DNA from: Planctomycetota bacterium
Lineage (GTDB): Bacteria; Planctomycetota; SZUA-567; H5-PLA8
DNA: 64,000 nt
Assembly (NCBI GenBank): GCA_045863855.1
Contig: BTVV01000010.1
Span: forward strand, 1-64,000
Direction: 5' to 3'
Shown: positions 38,066 to 48,072 of the stretch, piece after piece
Layout: every line of letters starts with the position of its first letter
Numbering within the stretch: position 1 is the first letter of the stretch
The notes under the pieces: generated by a model
The model's database searches: none
Seen by the model: only the letters and a program-made list of their open reading frames with translations
Told to the model about the DNA's origin: nothing
Made by a program: the position numbers and the translations under genes

Positions 38066-38554
38066 TATCGCTCGCGCTAGTCAAGCGGCGGCTGGCCGCG
38101 TGCCCCTAACACCACCACCTCCGCACACCAATTCCCAAACGACGACCCACTCCCTTATACGTTTTCCGCCCACCTGCGCCAGCCTTCACCCTCAAAAAGG
38201 AGGCAACCATACGCAACAGCCCGAAACCCCTCCGCGATGCCGAGGACCGTACCGCCCTTTTGCCGTAATTGCCGTTTGTGCGTTCGTTGAGTTCTTGCCG
38301 TTTGCCGTCTGCACCAGCGCACCCCATCGCGCATAGCCTCCGCGTACGCTATGCCCCAACTCGCGCCGAGCACCCCAAAACCTATTCAATTATAGCAGTT
38401 TTATGGCAAAATCGATTTTTTGCCCTACGTGCGCACCATCCTCGACCCGCCGGTCGAATTATTTAACTCCTTAAAACACGTACCGAAATTTCGCGCACCG
38501 GTGCAACGATCAGCACCTTGCGAATGAACTTGTGACGCGTGAAAAAGTTGAGCG

Positions 38555-40669
38555 TTAAGGCGCCGCGTCCGCATCCCCGTCGCGCCCGCGACGGCCCCGG
38601 TCCAGCACGTCGTCCGCGCACTTCGGCGGCGGAGCTTCGCCCAGCATCCGCGCCAGATCGGCCATCACCTGATCCGTCAGTTCCGCGACCTCCTTGCGCG
38701 AGGCGTCTTTCGGAACCGTGAACGGATCGCCGACTTGCAGCGTGATTTGGTACGGCCGCGGAAAGCGGTACCAGCGCGCGAACGAACGCGTGTTCCCGAT
38801 CACCGCCACCGGAATCACCACCGCGCCCGAACGCTGCGCCAGAAAAAGCGCGCCCGACTTGGGCTTCTGCAGCTTCCCGTCGTCGCTCACGTGCCCTTCC
38901 GGAAACATCGCCACGCAGATCCCGCCCTTCAGCGCTTCCGCGCCGGCCTTCAGCGCGCGGATCTGGCTCTTGTCGTCCACCGGGATCGTCATCAGCATGC
39001 GGAAGAACGGATGCGCGATCGAGTTGTAGTAGCTGGCGTGCATGATGTACTGCACGTACCGGTTGATCCCGCTGCCCAGCCAGAACGGATCGAGAAAGCT
39101 GCCGTGATTGGCCGCCAGCACCACCGGTCCTGTCAGCGGAATCTTCTCCAGCCCCACGATCCGCATGCGGAAGTACACCTTGCAGATCATGTACGAAAGG
39201 AAGCGCGCGAAGCGGTAGAAGAGCAGCTCCAGGAGCCCCTGCGCCGGCACGCCGCCGCTGCGCCCGGCGTACAGGCCGCAGTCGAGGAACCAGCTCAACG
39301 CCGCGACGACCGGGATCGAGACGAGCAGCACCCGCGGCAGGAAGTACGCCAGCATCTCGAAGGTCGCGTCCGTCACCGGGAACATGAATAGGATCAGCGG
39401 CGCCATCAGCGCGCCGGTGAAGAAGAAACCTTTCAGCGCGAAGACGCGCCCGCGCATCGATTCGTCGGTGGCGGCGAGCAGGTCCGCGTCGATCCGCCCG
39501 ATCAGCAGGCCCCCGCCGAAGCCCATCAGGCCCAGCCACGGAAAGAGGCTGTAGCCCAGCGCCAGGTTCGCCTGGATCGCTTCGGCATCGCCCAGCGGCG
39601 AGGGCACGCCGCGCGCGCCGAAGACTTGAAGCATCGCCGCGCCCAGGCAGGCCGTGGCCACGGGGTAACTGAAGAGCGGACTGATGAACCGGCAGAGTTT
39701 CCCCATCGTCAGCGCGCCGAGGAAGAGCCCGATGCCCGCGCAGCCCAGCCCGTGGCCCCAGTAGAGCGCCTTCTCGGCTTCGGGCAGATGCAGCACCGCC
39801 GCGCCGTGCCATTCGTTGAGCAGGTAAAAGCAGACGCCGGTGAGCCAGAAAAGCGTCTCGAAGAGGATCAGCGCCGGAATGCCGCGCGTGCGCGCCGCGT
39901 AACGCAGCCCGCTCCAATTGCCGCGCAGATCCTCGCGTATGCGGGCCAGCACGCCGGCCGGACGCGCCGGCGCCGGCAGGCCCTGCGCTTCGCCCCGCGC
40001 CACGCCGGGGACGCTCACGGCGTCCGGAAGCCCGCGCAGCAAGAGCACCGCCAGCGCGTACAACACCGTCGCCAGCGGGACGCTCCACAGCGGCCCGAAG
40101 CTCGCATTGACCTGCGTGCCCAGTTCGGTCCCGCCCAGAATCGCGGCCAGTCCGGTGATCGCGATCAAGCTCGCCGCCAGCGAGAGCCTCGGCTTGGGCA
40201 CCACGTCGGGAATGGCCGAAGCCCGCGCCGGCCCGAACGGCACGGCCACCACCGCCAGCGCGAAGATGCTCAGCAGGCTCCACGTCCAGTGCTCGGCGAA
40301 CCACGCGGTCTTGACGCGCAACAGCAGCGGCAAGAGCGTCAGGACCACCGGAATCTTGATCGCGCACGTCAGCCACAACAGCCGCCGGCGATCCATCCGG
40401 TCGACCATCGAACCGATCAGCGGGTAGAGGATGAATTGCGCCAGCACGCCGACGAACGTCACCGCGGCGATCTGATTGACCGCGACCGGAAAGGAATACT
40501 GCACCGCGCCGATGACGGCCATCTGGTACAGGCGGTCGCCCAAGTTGGCCAGCAGCGAGCCCGCGAATAGGCGGCTGAACGCGCCGTGGGCGAAAATCCA
40601 GCCGCGCGATTCGGGAACTTCAACAGGGACCGCCCCAGGCTGCTCGGGCGACTGGTCGGGTTCAGGCAT
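38555..40669 (-). CDS. MFS transporter (LplT-like) fused to a 1-acyl-sn-glycerol-3-phosphate acyltransferase (PlsC) domain
   Basis: N-terminal MFS (ANLGDRLY, GSMVDRMDRRRLL, ~12 TM, MRGRVFA); C-terminal LPLAT motifs AANHGSFLD, MFPEGH, VIPVAV. Confidence 0.9.
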   Translation of the reverse strand: MPEPDQSPEQPGAVPVEVPESRGWIFAHGAFSRLFAGSLLANLGDRLYQMAVIGAVQYSFPVAVNQIAAVTFVGVLAQFILYPLIGSMVDRMDRRRLLWLTCAIKIPVVLTLLPLLLRVKTAWFAEHWTWSLLSIFALAVVAVPFGPARASAIPDVVPKPRLSLAASLIAITGLAAILGGTELGTQVNASFGPLWSVPLATVLYALAVLLLRGLPDAVSVPGVARGEAQGLPAPARPAGVLARIREDLRGNWSGLRYAARTRGIPALILFETLFWLTGVCFYLLNEWHGAAVLHLPEAEKALYWGHGLGCAGIGLFLGALTMGKLCRFISPLFSYPVATACLGAAMLQVFGARGVPSPLGDAEAIQANLALGYSLFPWLGLMGFGGGLLIGRIDADLLAATDESMRGRVFALKGFFFTGALMAPLILFMFPVTDATFEMLAYFLPRVLLVSIPVVAALSWFLDCGLYAGRSGGVPAQGLLELLFYRFARFLSYMICKVYFRMRIVGLEKIPLTGPVVLAANHGSFLDPFWLGSGINRYVQYIMHASYYNSIAHPFFRMLMTIPVDDKSQIRALKAGAEALKGGICVAMFPEGHVSDDGKLQKPKSGALFLAQRSGAVVIPVAVIGNTRSFARWYRFPRPYQITLQVGDPFTVPKDASRKEVAELTDQVMADLARMLGEAPPPKCADDVLDRGRRGRDGDADAAP

Positions 40670-40720
40670 GCGGGGCGTGATTATCCTTCACGCGGCAACG
40701 ATGCAAGACAAGGAATGTTG

Positions 40721-40770
40721 GGGTACTATTGACAGTATGCACCTTGGGTACTATGCTATATTTTAGTACC
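40721..40770 (+). promoter_or_regulatory. Sigma70-type promoter TTGACA-N17-TATGCT overlapped by GGTACTA repeats
   Basis: TTGACA at 40729-40734 and TATGCT at 40752-40757. gggtactat at 40721 and 40746; inverted tagtacc at 40764-40770. Confidence 0.55.
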
Positions 40771-40845
40771 TGAGATTTATCGTCCTCTGTGGTTTGGAGT
40801 TATAGTGAGTACGTTAGGCTATCGGTCTGCAGCGGGGGAAAAGGC

Positions 40846-41919
40846 ATGAATCGGGGCGGACCGACCGAGCAAGAACTGGTGGTTCACGGCTATTTCGATC
40901 GCCGGCCGGACGGGCGTTGGGGAAACGAACCCAAGCGTGCTCGTTGTGCATGTGCCGAAGGTCTGGCCGCTGAAATCCAAGCCGATCCAAACGCAACCGA
41001 ACCGGTAAACTGCCTCACCTGCGCCAACTGGCATCCGCAGCTGGGTTGTGTCTTTGGCGCGAACCAGGAATTGGATGGAAAGCGTAACGCACGAACGCTT
41101 TGGAACATTGTCCGCGACCAAGCCAAAAACTGGGTCGCCGTCGGGCACTACGCTCGAGCGATTGAGCGGCTGGAAAGCTTCCTCCGCGAGCGTCCCGATG
41201 ACGCCGAAGCGTTTCTGGCCTTGGCGCGCATCTACGATCATCCTGGCTACCACGGAAAAGATAAGCGCCGTGCGGCGATCCTCTATAAGCGCTATCTGGC
41301 GCTTTCGGGCGTCGACGGCACCTCCGCTCCGGAAGCCGCGGAAGCCCAGCGCCGGATTGAAGTTCTGCAATTTTGGGAGCCCGATCCTGCGGCGCAAGAC
41401 GAAGCTCCACACCTTGCAACCTTCACCTGTTTCTATCGCTTTAACGCTTTCACCCACTTCGTTTATGGTATTCTGACCGACCAGCATCTCGTCCTGGTCA
41501 ATGTCGGTGACGCCGATCCCGAGACGGGAATACGCTCGGTGGATCTAGGCACGCGGTTCGAGCGCGCTTCGAAGCTCTTCCGCTGGATTTCCGGCGAATC
41601 GCTCTCGAAAGAGCGCGAGGTCGAACTGACGGAGACCGAGATTCGGCGCGTGGCGGGCTTATCGCTTTCGCGGCTGCTGCAGGAACGCGAGGCGGGAACC
41701 CTGGATCTCACGCAAGTGGAAGGAGTTAAGCGCAAAGACGATACGCAGCGGAAGGCTTGGGTGGTGGCGCTTCGGACGGGCTTGTTCAACCACGAATTGG
41801 TCTTGCCGCACGAGCAAAAGGGCGATGCGGAGAAGCTGGAGGCGTTGCTTCAAGCGGCGGTGGATCGGGCGCGGAACGGAGCTTCCAGCCCGCCTGCGCC
41901 TCAACGCACGCCGGCCTAA
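40846..41919 (+). CDS. Hypothetical protein (4-Cys cluster + TPR-like helices + beta-rich domain); stand-alone paralog of the C-terminal region of the downstream kinase
   Basis: YFDRRPDGRWG...CACAEGLA...CLTCANW...GC; ALARIYDHPGYHGKDK; FTCFYR; GDADPETGI; HELVLP. All are mirrored in 42122..44650. Confidence 0.85.
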   Translation: MNRGGPTEQELVVHGYFDRRPDGRWGNEPKRARCACAEGLAAEIQADPNATEPVNCLTCANWHPQLGCVFGANQELDGKRNARTLWNIVRDQAKNWVAVGHYARAIERLESFLRERPDDAEAFLALARIYDHPGYHGKDKRRAAILYKRYLALSGVDGTSAPEAAEAQRRIEVLQFWEPDPAAQDEAPHLATFTCFYRFNAFTHFVYGILTDQHLVLVNVGDADPETGIRSVDLGTRFERASKLFRWISGESLSKEREVELTETEIRRVAGLSLSRLLQEREAGTLDLTQVEGVKRKDDTQRKAWVVALRTGLFNHELVLPHEQKGDAEKLEALLQAAVDRARNGASSPPAPQRTPA

Positions 41920-42121
41920 GCTGGGAATACGGCTTTCGTTAGACCCTAATCGCCACTTTCTCCCATGCAATGCAACTTGCTTTCCAACCGCGCCAAGAGA
42001 GGCGCGTTAAAGCTCCAGGAAGTACAGGTTTCGTGCATCTTGACCTTGGAACGCCGTCACAAAAGACTATAACGTCCCAAGTGTCCTAAGGTTCGGCGGG
42101 ACCGAGCCCGACGGATGGGCC

Positions 42122-44650
42122 ATGGCTGATACATATCACATCGGTGAATTCCTCCTCGAGTCCAAGCTGGGCGAGGGAGGCATGGGAGTGGTCTTCCGCG
42201 CCCGTCAGACGGCGTTGGATCGCTACGTCGCCCTGAAACTCCTTTCTCGGCCAGTGACCAAGGGTTCCAAGTTTATCGAGCGCTTCCACCGCGAAGCCCG
42301 CGCGGCGGCGAAGCTTGTACATCCCAATATCATCCAGATTTACACGATCGGCGACCACAAGGGCACGCCGTACTTCGCCATGGAGTACGTGGACGGCGTG
42401 GACTTGGGCGAATTGCTCGAACACGGCCCGCTGCTGAGCGCCGGGGAATCGGTGGAAGTCGCCCGCGGCGTCGCCAAAGCGCTGGGCGTGGCGATGGAGC
42501 AGGACGTGGTGCATCGCGACATCAAACCCGGCAATATCATGATCACGCGCTCGGGTTTGGTGAAGGTGATGGACTTCGGGTTGGCCAAAGCCAGCGCCGA
42601 CGCAATCGAGAATCTGACGCAGGAAGGGCAGATTGTCGGCACGCCGACGTACATGTCGCCCGAGCAGGGCATGAGCAAGCATGTGGACTGGCGCAGCGAT
42701 TTATATTCGCTGGGCTGCGTGCTTTACGAAAGCCTCACCGGTCGCCCGCCGTTCCTGGCCGACAACATCCCGTCGATCATCTTCAAGCACTTGTACGAAG
42801 AACCGGTTCCGCCGACGCGGCACAATCCCGATGTACCGGAGGCGCTCGAGAAGGTCTGCCTGAAGCTGCTCGCAAAGAAGCCGGAGGACCGCTACCAGTC
42901 CACGTCCGAAGTGCTGCTGGCGCTGTCGGAAGTGGACGTCAATCTGGGGCAGGCGGAAGTCTCGCTGATTAAGCGCGTCAAGGACCGGCTGGACAAGCAG
43001 GAAGAATCGAAAGCGCTGCCCAAGCCTCGCCCGACGGAAGAAGAGATCGACCAAGCGACGAAGATTTCGCCGCGCCCGCCGACGGCGCCGGACGCCAAAG
43101 GCGTGGTGAACCAGACCATGCAGTTCACGCAGCCGCTGACGCTGGTGGGTTCGGGTTCGGACCTGCGCCCGCCGGAAGCGGAGGCGGCAAAAAAGGCCGA
43201 AGCGGCTGCCGGCGCCAAGGCCGGTTCGGGGACCAAGCTGCGGAGCGTGCCTGGATCGAAGTCGCTCGAATCGCTGGCGCCCAAGGCTGCGGATACGCCG
43301 GCGGCGCGCGTCAATACGGTGCCTTCGGCGCCGCCTTCGCGCCCTATCCCGATCCCGCCTTCGGGCGCTCAGGCGCGCAGGCAAGAACCCAAGCCGCCGA
43401 CGGGCGCACAGGCCGCCGCGTCGCAGAAGCCCAGCGATTCGACCGCCCTTTCGCTGCCGGCCATGCCCAAGGCGCCCACGGGCACGACGCGCCGGACGGC
43501 GCCGAACGTGCCGGATGAGGAAGATGAGGCGCTGCCTCCGCCGCCGAAGCCTCCGCCGTCGTCGTCCAAGCTGGGCACGGTGCGCCCGGCTTCCGGTTCC
43601 AGTCTCGGTTCTGGCGCCGAACGCAAGAAAAAATTGGATTCCCGGATCGTCACGGCATACTTCAAGCGCCTCAATGACGGGCGCTGGGGATACGACACGA
43701 ACCTGGGCCCGTGCGAGTATGCCGAAGGCCTGGCCTCCGAGAATCTGCCCGGGAAGAACCTGCGCGTGGGCTCGCTGGGCGATTGCCTGACCTGCGGGAA
43801 CTGGACGTCGCGCACCGGTTGCGCGATCGCGACGACCGAACAGATCAAGCGCATCAGCCGCAAGGAAGGTGTACCGCTCTTCGAGGAACTGGGCGCGGTC
43901 TGGTGTGCGGCGGGACGCTTCGATCTGGCCATCGAACCGTTGAACGATTATCTCAAGTCGCATCCCATCGATGCGTCGGGTTTCCGAGCGCTGGCGCGGA
44001 TCTACGAGCGGCCCGATTACCACGGCCCGGACAAGGCGCGCGTGGTGGTGCTGTATCAGCGTTGCGTCGAACTGGCCGAAGAGCACGGCGGCTTGGGCGC
44101 GCTGGAACTGAAGCTGGTCAAGGACCGCTTGACGGCGCTGCAGGAAGGCCGCGCGAAGCTGGGCGAAGCAGGGCGTTCCACGGGCGAGGTGCTGCATCAT
44201 TTCCGCTGTTTTTACCGGGCCTCGGCGGTGATCTACTTCGCCTTCGGCGCGATGTCGCGCGACCGCATGGTGCTCGCGCGGGCCGGCGAAGTGGACCCCG
44301 ACACCGGCATCAGCGTGGACGACATGAGCAACCCGCTCAGCCGGGTGACGAGCATCTTCCGTCGGCTGCGCGGCGAGAAATCGCGCACCGAAGAACGCGA
44401 GTTGGTGCGCCAGGCGATTCTGGAACTCGAGAATACCCCGTTCGACGCGCTACCCAAGAAGAGCGATCAGAGCCTGAGCATGGGCTACGAGACCGTTCGG
44501 CTGGTGGATCTGTCCGAGGACAAGGCCAGCGGCAACCGGACGGTGAAGATGCATACGACCGGCGGCGAACACGAACTCGTCTTCCCGGCGCAAAGCTGGG
44601 TGGACGCGGAACGCTGCGCGGCGATCGTGAAGCGCATCACGGGGAAGTAG
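42122..44650 (+). CDS. Cytoplasmic Hanks-type Ser/Thr protein kinase with Pro/Ala linker and novel C-terminal Cys/TPR module
   Basis: LGEGGMGVV, VALK, HPNI, HRDIKPGN, DFG, GTPTYMSPEQ, SDLYSLG. No TM segment. Confidence 0.95.
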   Translation: MADTYHIGEFLLESKLGEGGMGVVFRARQTALDRYVALKLLSRPVTKGSKFIERFHREARAAAKLVHPNIIQIYTIGDHKGTPYFAMEYVDGVDLGELLEHGPLLSAGESVEVARGVAKALGVAMEQDVVHRDIKPGNIMITRSGLVKVMDFGLAKASADAIENLTQEGQIVGTPTYMSPEQGMSKHVDWRSDLYSLGCVLYESLTGRPPFLADNIPSIIFKHLYEEPVPPTRHNPDVPEALEKVCLKLLAKKPEDRYQSTSEVLLALSEVDVNLGQAEVSLIKRVKDRLDKQEESKALPKPRPTEEEIDQATKISPRPPTAPDAKGVVNQTMQFTQPLTLVGSGSDLRPPEAEAAKKAEAAAGAKAGSGTKLRSVPGSKSLESLAPKAADTPAARVNTVPSAPPSRPIPIPPSGAQARRQEPKPPTGAQAAASQKPSDSTALSLPAMPKAPTGTTRRTAPNVPDEEDEALPPPPKPPPSSSKLGTVRPASGSSLGSGAERKKKLDSRIVTAYFKRLNDGRWGYDTNLGPCEYAEGLASENLPGKNLRVGSLGDCLTCGNWTSRTGCAIATTEQIKRISRKEGVPLFEELGAVWCAAGRFDLAIEPLNDYLKSHPIDASGFRALARIYERPDYHGPDKARVVVLYQRCVELAEEHGGLGALELKLVKDRLTALQEGRAKLGEAGRSTGEVLHHFRCFYRASAVIYFAFGAMSRDRMVLARAGEVDPDTGISVDDMSNPLSRVTSIFRRLRGEKSRTEERELVRQAILELENTPFDALPKKSDQSLSMGYETVRLVDLSEDKASGNRTVKMHTTGGEHELVFPAQSWVDAERCAAIVKRITGK

Positions 44651-44774
44651 GCTTGCGCTCTAAGCCCCCCGGTTCCCTGAAGGATATTCCCCACCATTCC
44701 CAGGCGCACCTCCCGCGGCGGCGGAGACGGTTCGATCGTTCACGGGCGCGGCCCGGCGCCATCTGGAGCGCGCG

Positions 44775-46874
44775 ATGAAGGAGGCGTATCGCGGGCGCCG
44801 GCTGAGCGGCGAGGCCGTTGCAGGCACGGACGAATGGACTGCCGCGCCGGCTCTGCGGCCGACTTGGCGCGGCTGGACGCTGGGTGTACTGGCCGTCGTG
44901 GCCTTGTGCGCGGGTACGCCGTACGTCGATTTCGTGGTGCACGGTACGTTCACCACGATCAATTCGCTCAACTGGTTTGCCTTCACCGCGCTTTTCGTGC
45001 TGGCGCTGGCCTTTTGCGGGAAAACGGGCGCCGCCGGATCAGGGTTGCTGACGCGTGCAGACGTGACGCTGGTCTTCGCGATGACGATGGCCATCTGCAC
45101 GATCCCCGGTTTCGGGTTGATGTCGTACCTCAGCAATACGATGTACGGACTGACGTACTACGCGCGTCCGGAAAACGGCTGGCATGAGGTGCTGCTGCCG
45201 CATCTGAATCCGGCGCTTTATCCGCAGGATCCGCCGGATCCGGCTTCGGCCGACCCGCGGCCGGTGGAGTGGTTCGTGTTGGGCTTGCCGCCGGGCGGGG
45301 AGATTCCCTGGGCGGCCTGGGTGCGGCCGTACGCGCTGTGGGCTCTGGCGTTCGCGGCGCTGTACGGGCTGATGTTCGCGCTGGCGGCGTTGCTGGAGCG
45401 GCATTGGAGCGAGCGGGAAGTGCTCGCGTTTCCGATCGCGCAGTTGCCGGCCGAAGTCCTGCTGCGCGCGGACGAGACGCGCCGGGACCGCCTGTTTTGG
45501 TGGGGCGCCGGGGCGGTCTTCGCGCTGCACGGCTGGAACGCGCTTTCGGATTACGTGCCGGGCTGGCCGCTGATCCCGCTGGCCAACCGCAATCTGCATG
45601 CGAAGTATCTGACCGAGCCGCCCTGGACCGCGCTGGGCGCGATGGACTTCATGATTTATCCGTCAGTGATCGGCATTACGTTTATTCTGGCGGCGGAAGT
45701 CTCGTTCAGCCTGTGGTTCTTTCATATCCTGCAGAAGCTGATCATCTTTGGGCTCTTCGTCGGCGGAGCGGGCTTAGGCGCGCGCTATTTCGGAGCGCTG
45801 GAAGGGCACCGTGGCGCGTTCCTGCATCTGGGCACGGGCGCGATGCTGGCGCTGGTGGCGGGCTGCGTGGTGCTGGCCGGTCCGACGCTGTGGGCGTCGT
45901 GGCGGCGCGCGACGGGGCGCACGCACGAGCCGGACCCGACTGAGGAACTATCTTCGCGCGTGCTTTGGTTCCTGCTGGCATGCAGCGGCGGCGGTCTGAC
46001 GGCGTGGCTGATCTGGGCCGGCGTGGCGTGGTGGGTGGCGGCCTTGACGGTGCTGGCTACGGCGGCGGTCCTGATCGGGTGCACGCGCTTGGTGGCCGAA
46101 TCGGGGATCTTCGCGCTGCAAGTGCGGCAGATGCCGCCGGCTTTGATCGAGACGGCTTTCACGCCGGCGGCGCTGGGGACGCGAAGCTTCGTCGTCACGC
46201 AGGTGTGGGAGCAGACGATCACGGCCGATTTTTTCAGGCTGCTCCTGATGCCGAACCTGATGAACCTGCTGCATCTGGCGCGCCTGACGGGGTTAAACCG
46301 GCGCAGCCTGGGCTGGGGCGTGGCGCTGGCGCTGCCGGTGAGTTTCGCGTCGCTGATGCTCCTGGCGTTTCACCGTCCCGGAGGCGCTAACGATTTCGGG
46401 TGGCGCTACCGGAGCTACACGAAGGGGCAGCTTGAGCGGATCGGCCGTACCTCGAACGAACTGCGCACGTTCGAAGCGAAGCAGTCCGCCGCTCTGGCGG
46501 AAGGGCGCAGCGTGCCGCTTAACGAGTATCCGCGCGCGGCGAAGCTCGACCGCGTGCGCTTGGGCTGGATCGGCGCCGGATTGGCGGCAATGGGGGGCCT
46601 GTTGTTCCTGCGCCGGCGGATCTTCTGGCTGCCGCATCCGATCGGTTTCGTGATGTGGATGTGCGATTGGCCGATGCGCATGATCTGGTTCGCGCTTTTC
46701 CTGGGCTGGCTGCTGAAAGTGGGGACGCTGAAGTACGGCGGCTTCCAGCTCTACGGCCGCGTGAAGCGCTGGTGCATCGGGATGGTGTTCGGCGAAGCGG
46801 CGGCGGCGGTGTTCTGGATCCTGCTCGCGATCCTTAACGGCCGGCGCGACGGCTACGCGATTCACATCGACTAG
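44775..46874 (+). CDS. Large polytopic membrane protein, DUF6785/DUF6784-like (putative transporter)
   Basis: Many TMs; IPWAAWVRP, HWSEREVLAFPIAQLP, YPSVIGITF..EVSFSLWFF, RLVAESG, WLPHPIGF, KYGG. Family assignment from recalled motifs. Confidence 0.7.
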   Translation: MKEAYRGRRLSGEAVAGTDEWTAAPALRPTWRGWTLGVLAVVALCAGTPYVDFVVHGTFTTINSLNWFAFTALFVLALAFCGKTGAAGSGLLTRADVTLVFAMTMAICTIPGFGLMSYLSNTMYGLTYYARPENGWHEVLLPHLNPALYPQDPPDPASADPRPVEWFVLGLPPGGEIPWAAWVRPYALWALAFAALYGLMFALAALLERHWSEREVLAFPIAQLPAEVLLRADETRRDRLFWWGAGAVFALHGWNALSDYVPGWPLIPLANRNLHAKYLTEPPWTALGAMDFMIYPSVIGITFILAAEVSFSLWFFHILQKLIIFGLFVGGAGLGARYFGALEGHRGAFLHLGTGAMLALVAGCVVLAGPTLWASWRRATGRTHEPDPTEELSSRVLWFLLACSGGGLTAWLIWAGVAWWVAALTVLATAAVLIGCTRLVAESGIFALQVRQMPPALIETAFTPAALGTRSFVVTQVWEQTITADFFRLLLMPNLMNLLHLARLTGLNRRSLGWGVALALPVSFASLMLLAFHRPGGANDFGWRYRSYTKGQLERIGRTSNELRTFEAKQSAALAEGRSVPLNEYPRAAKLDRVRLGWIGAGLAAMGGLLFLRRRIFWLPHPIGFVMWMCDWPMRMIWFALFLGWLLKVGTLKYGGFQLYGRVKRWCIGMVFGEAAAAVFWILLAILNGRRDGYAIHID

Positions 46875-46902
46875 CGTCTTACCTGTATCGCTCTAACCGG
46901 CT

Positions 46903-48072
46903 TTACAAGCGTCCGCCCAGGCGCGTAAAGAGCGTCCGGGCGTACTCGTAGACGGTCCGTTCGTCGTCGTTCTGCGGCGTGTACTTCTTCATCACGATAC
47001 CGAGCAACTGCTGCGCGCGGATGCGGTTCTTGCGTTCGAACTGCAGGAGCGCGTAATGCGCTTCGCAGTCGAGCTGCGTGCCGCCGGCCAGGTCGAGGCC
47101 TTTCTGGAAGGCGGCGGCCGCATGGGTGTAATGCCCAAGGATCTCGTTTTCCAGCGGCCGGAGCTGCTGGAGCAGCGCGAGATTCTCTTTGTAGACCTGC
47201 TGGATCTGAACTTTATTGCCGCTGCGCTTGGCCTGCTCGATCTTTTGCAGCATGGGCATGTACTTTTCGCGGTACTTGTCGCGGCCCTGGTAGCCGAGCT
47301 TGAGGTATGCGTGTCCGAGGCGTTGTTCGACGCGGACGGAGTCTTTCAGCTTCTGCGCGGCGAGGTACTTCTCGAGCGCTTCAGGAAGCTTGGCTTGGTC
47401 CAACAGCACGTTGCCCTCAAGAATCAGCTTCTCGTCGTCGCCGATGGCGATCTGGGTTTGAGCCAGCTTTTCGGCGTCGAGCTTGGCTTGGTGCCGCGCC
47501 TGCGCGTCCTTGGCTCGTCCGAGGGCGCGAAGCGACCAGTCGGTGCCTTGGGTCTCGTCGGCGACCTGGAACCACTTGAGCGCGATGGCGTGGTCGTTGC
47601 CCGCCTGGGTTTTCTCGAAGGCTTCGGCTTTGGCGAACGCTTTCTCGGCGGCGTTCGAGTCGAGCGCTTTGGACGGTTCGGGCGCTTCCGGCGGTTTGGG
47701 CGGCGGTCCGCTGACGGCGGGAGGCGATGCGCTGCCGCCGGCGGCCTTGCCCGGATCGCCTTTCTCCAGTTCCCGGATGATGTTCAAGTTGGCGAAGCGG
47801 CGCGCCCAGAAGAGCGAAGCCGTCACTTCTTCGAGGATGGGTTCGACGTTTTTGGGATCGCTTTTAAGCAGTTCGTCGAGGATCGCTTCGGCGCGCTGGA
47901 GCTTGAAGACGGCCTGTGCGTAGACCTTCGGATCGGCGCTTTGCCCGGATTGCCCGCGCAGAATCTGAGCGGCTTCGTCCTTGAGTTGGCGGGCTTCGTC
48001 CATGGTCGCCGCGTGGAGCGCAGCAGGCAGTCCGAGCAGCAACAGGCCCAGCACGATCCTGATCGTTTGCAT
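46903..48072 (-). CDS. Exported alpha-helical/TPR-like hypothetical protein
   Basis: Signal peptide MQTIRIVLGLLLLGLPAALHA, helical repeats and a Pro-rich linker. Confidence 0.75.
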   Translation of the reverse strand: MQTIRIVLGLLLLGLPAALHAATMDEARQLKDEAAQILRGQSGQSADPKVYAQAVFKLQRAEAILDELLKSDPKNVEPILEEVTASLFWARRFANLNIIRELEKGDPGKAAGGSASPPAVSGPPPKPPEAPEPSKALDSNAAEKAFAKAEAFEKTQAGNDHAIALKWFQVADETQGTDWSLRALGRAKDAQARHQAKLDAEKLAQTQIAIGDDEKLILEGNVLLDQAKLPEALEKYLAAQKLKDSVRVEQRLGHAYLKLGYQGRDKYREKYMPMLQKIEQAKRSGNKVQIQQVYKENLALLQQLRPLENEILGHYTHAAAAFQKGLDLAGGTQLDCEAHYALLQFERKNRIRAQQLLGIVMKKYTPQNDDERTVYEYARTLFTRLGGRL

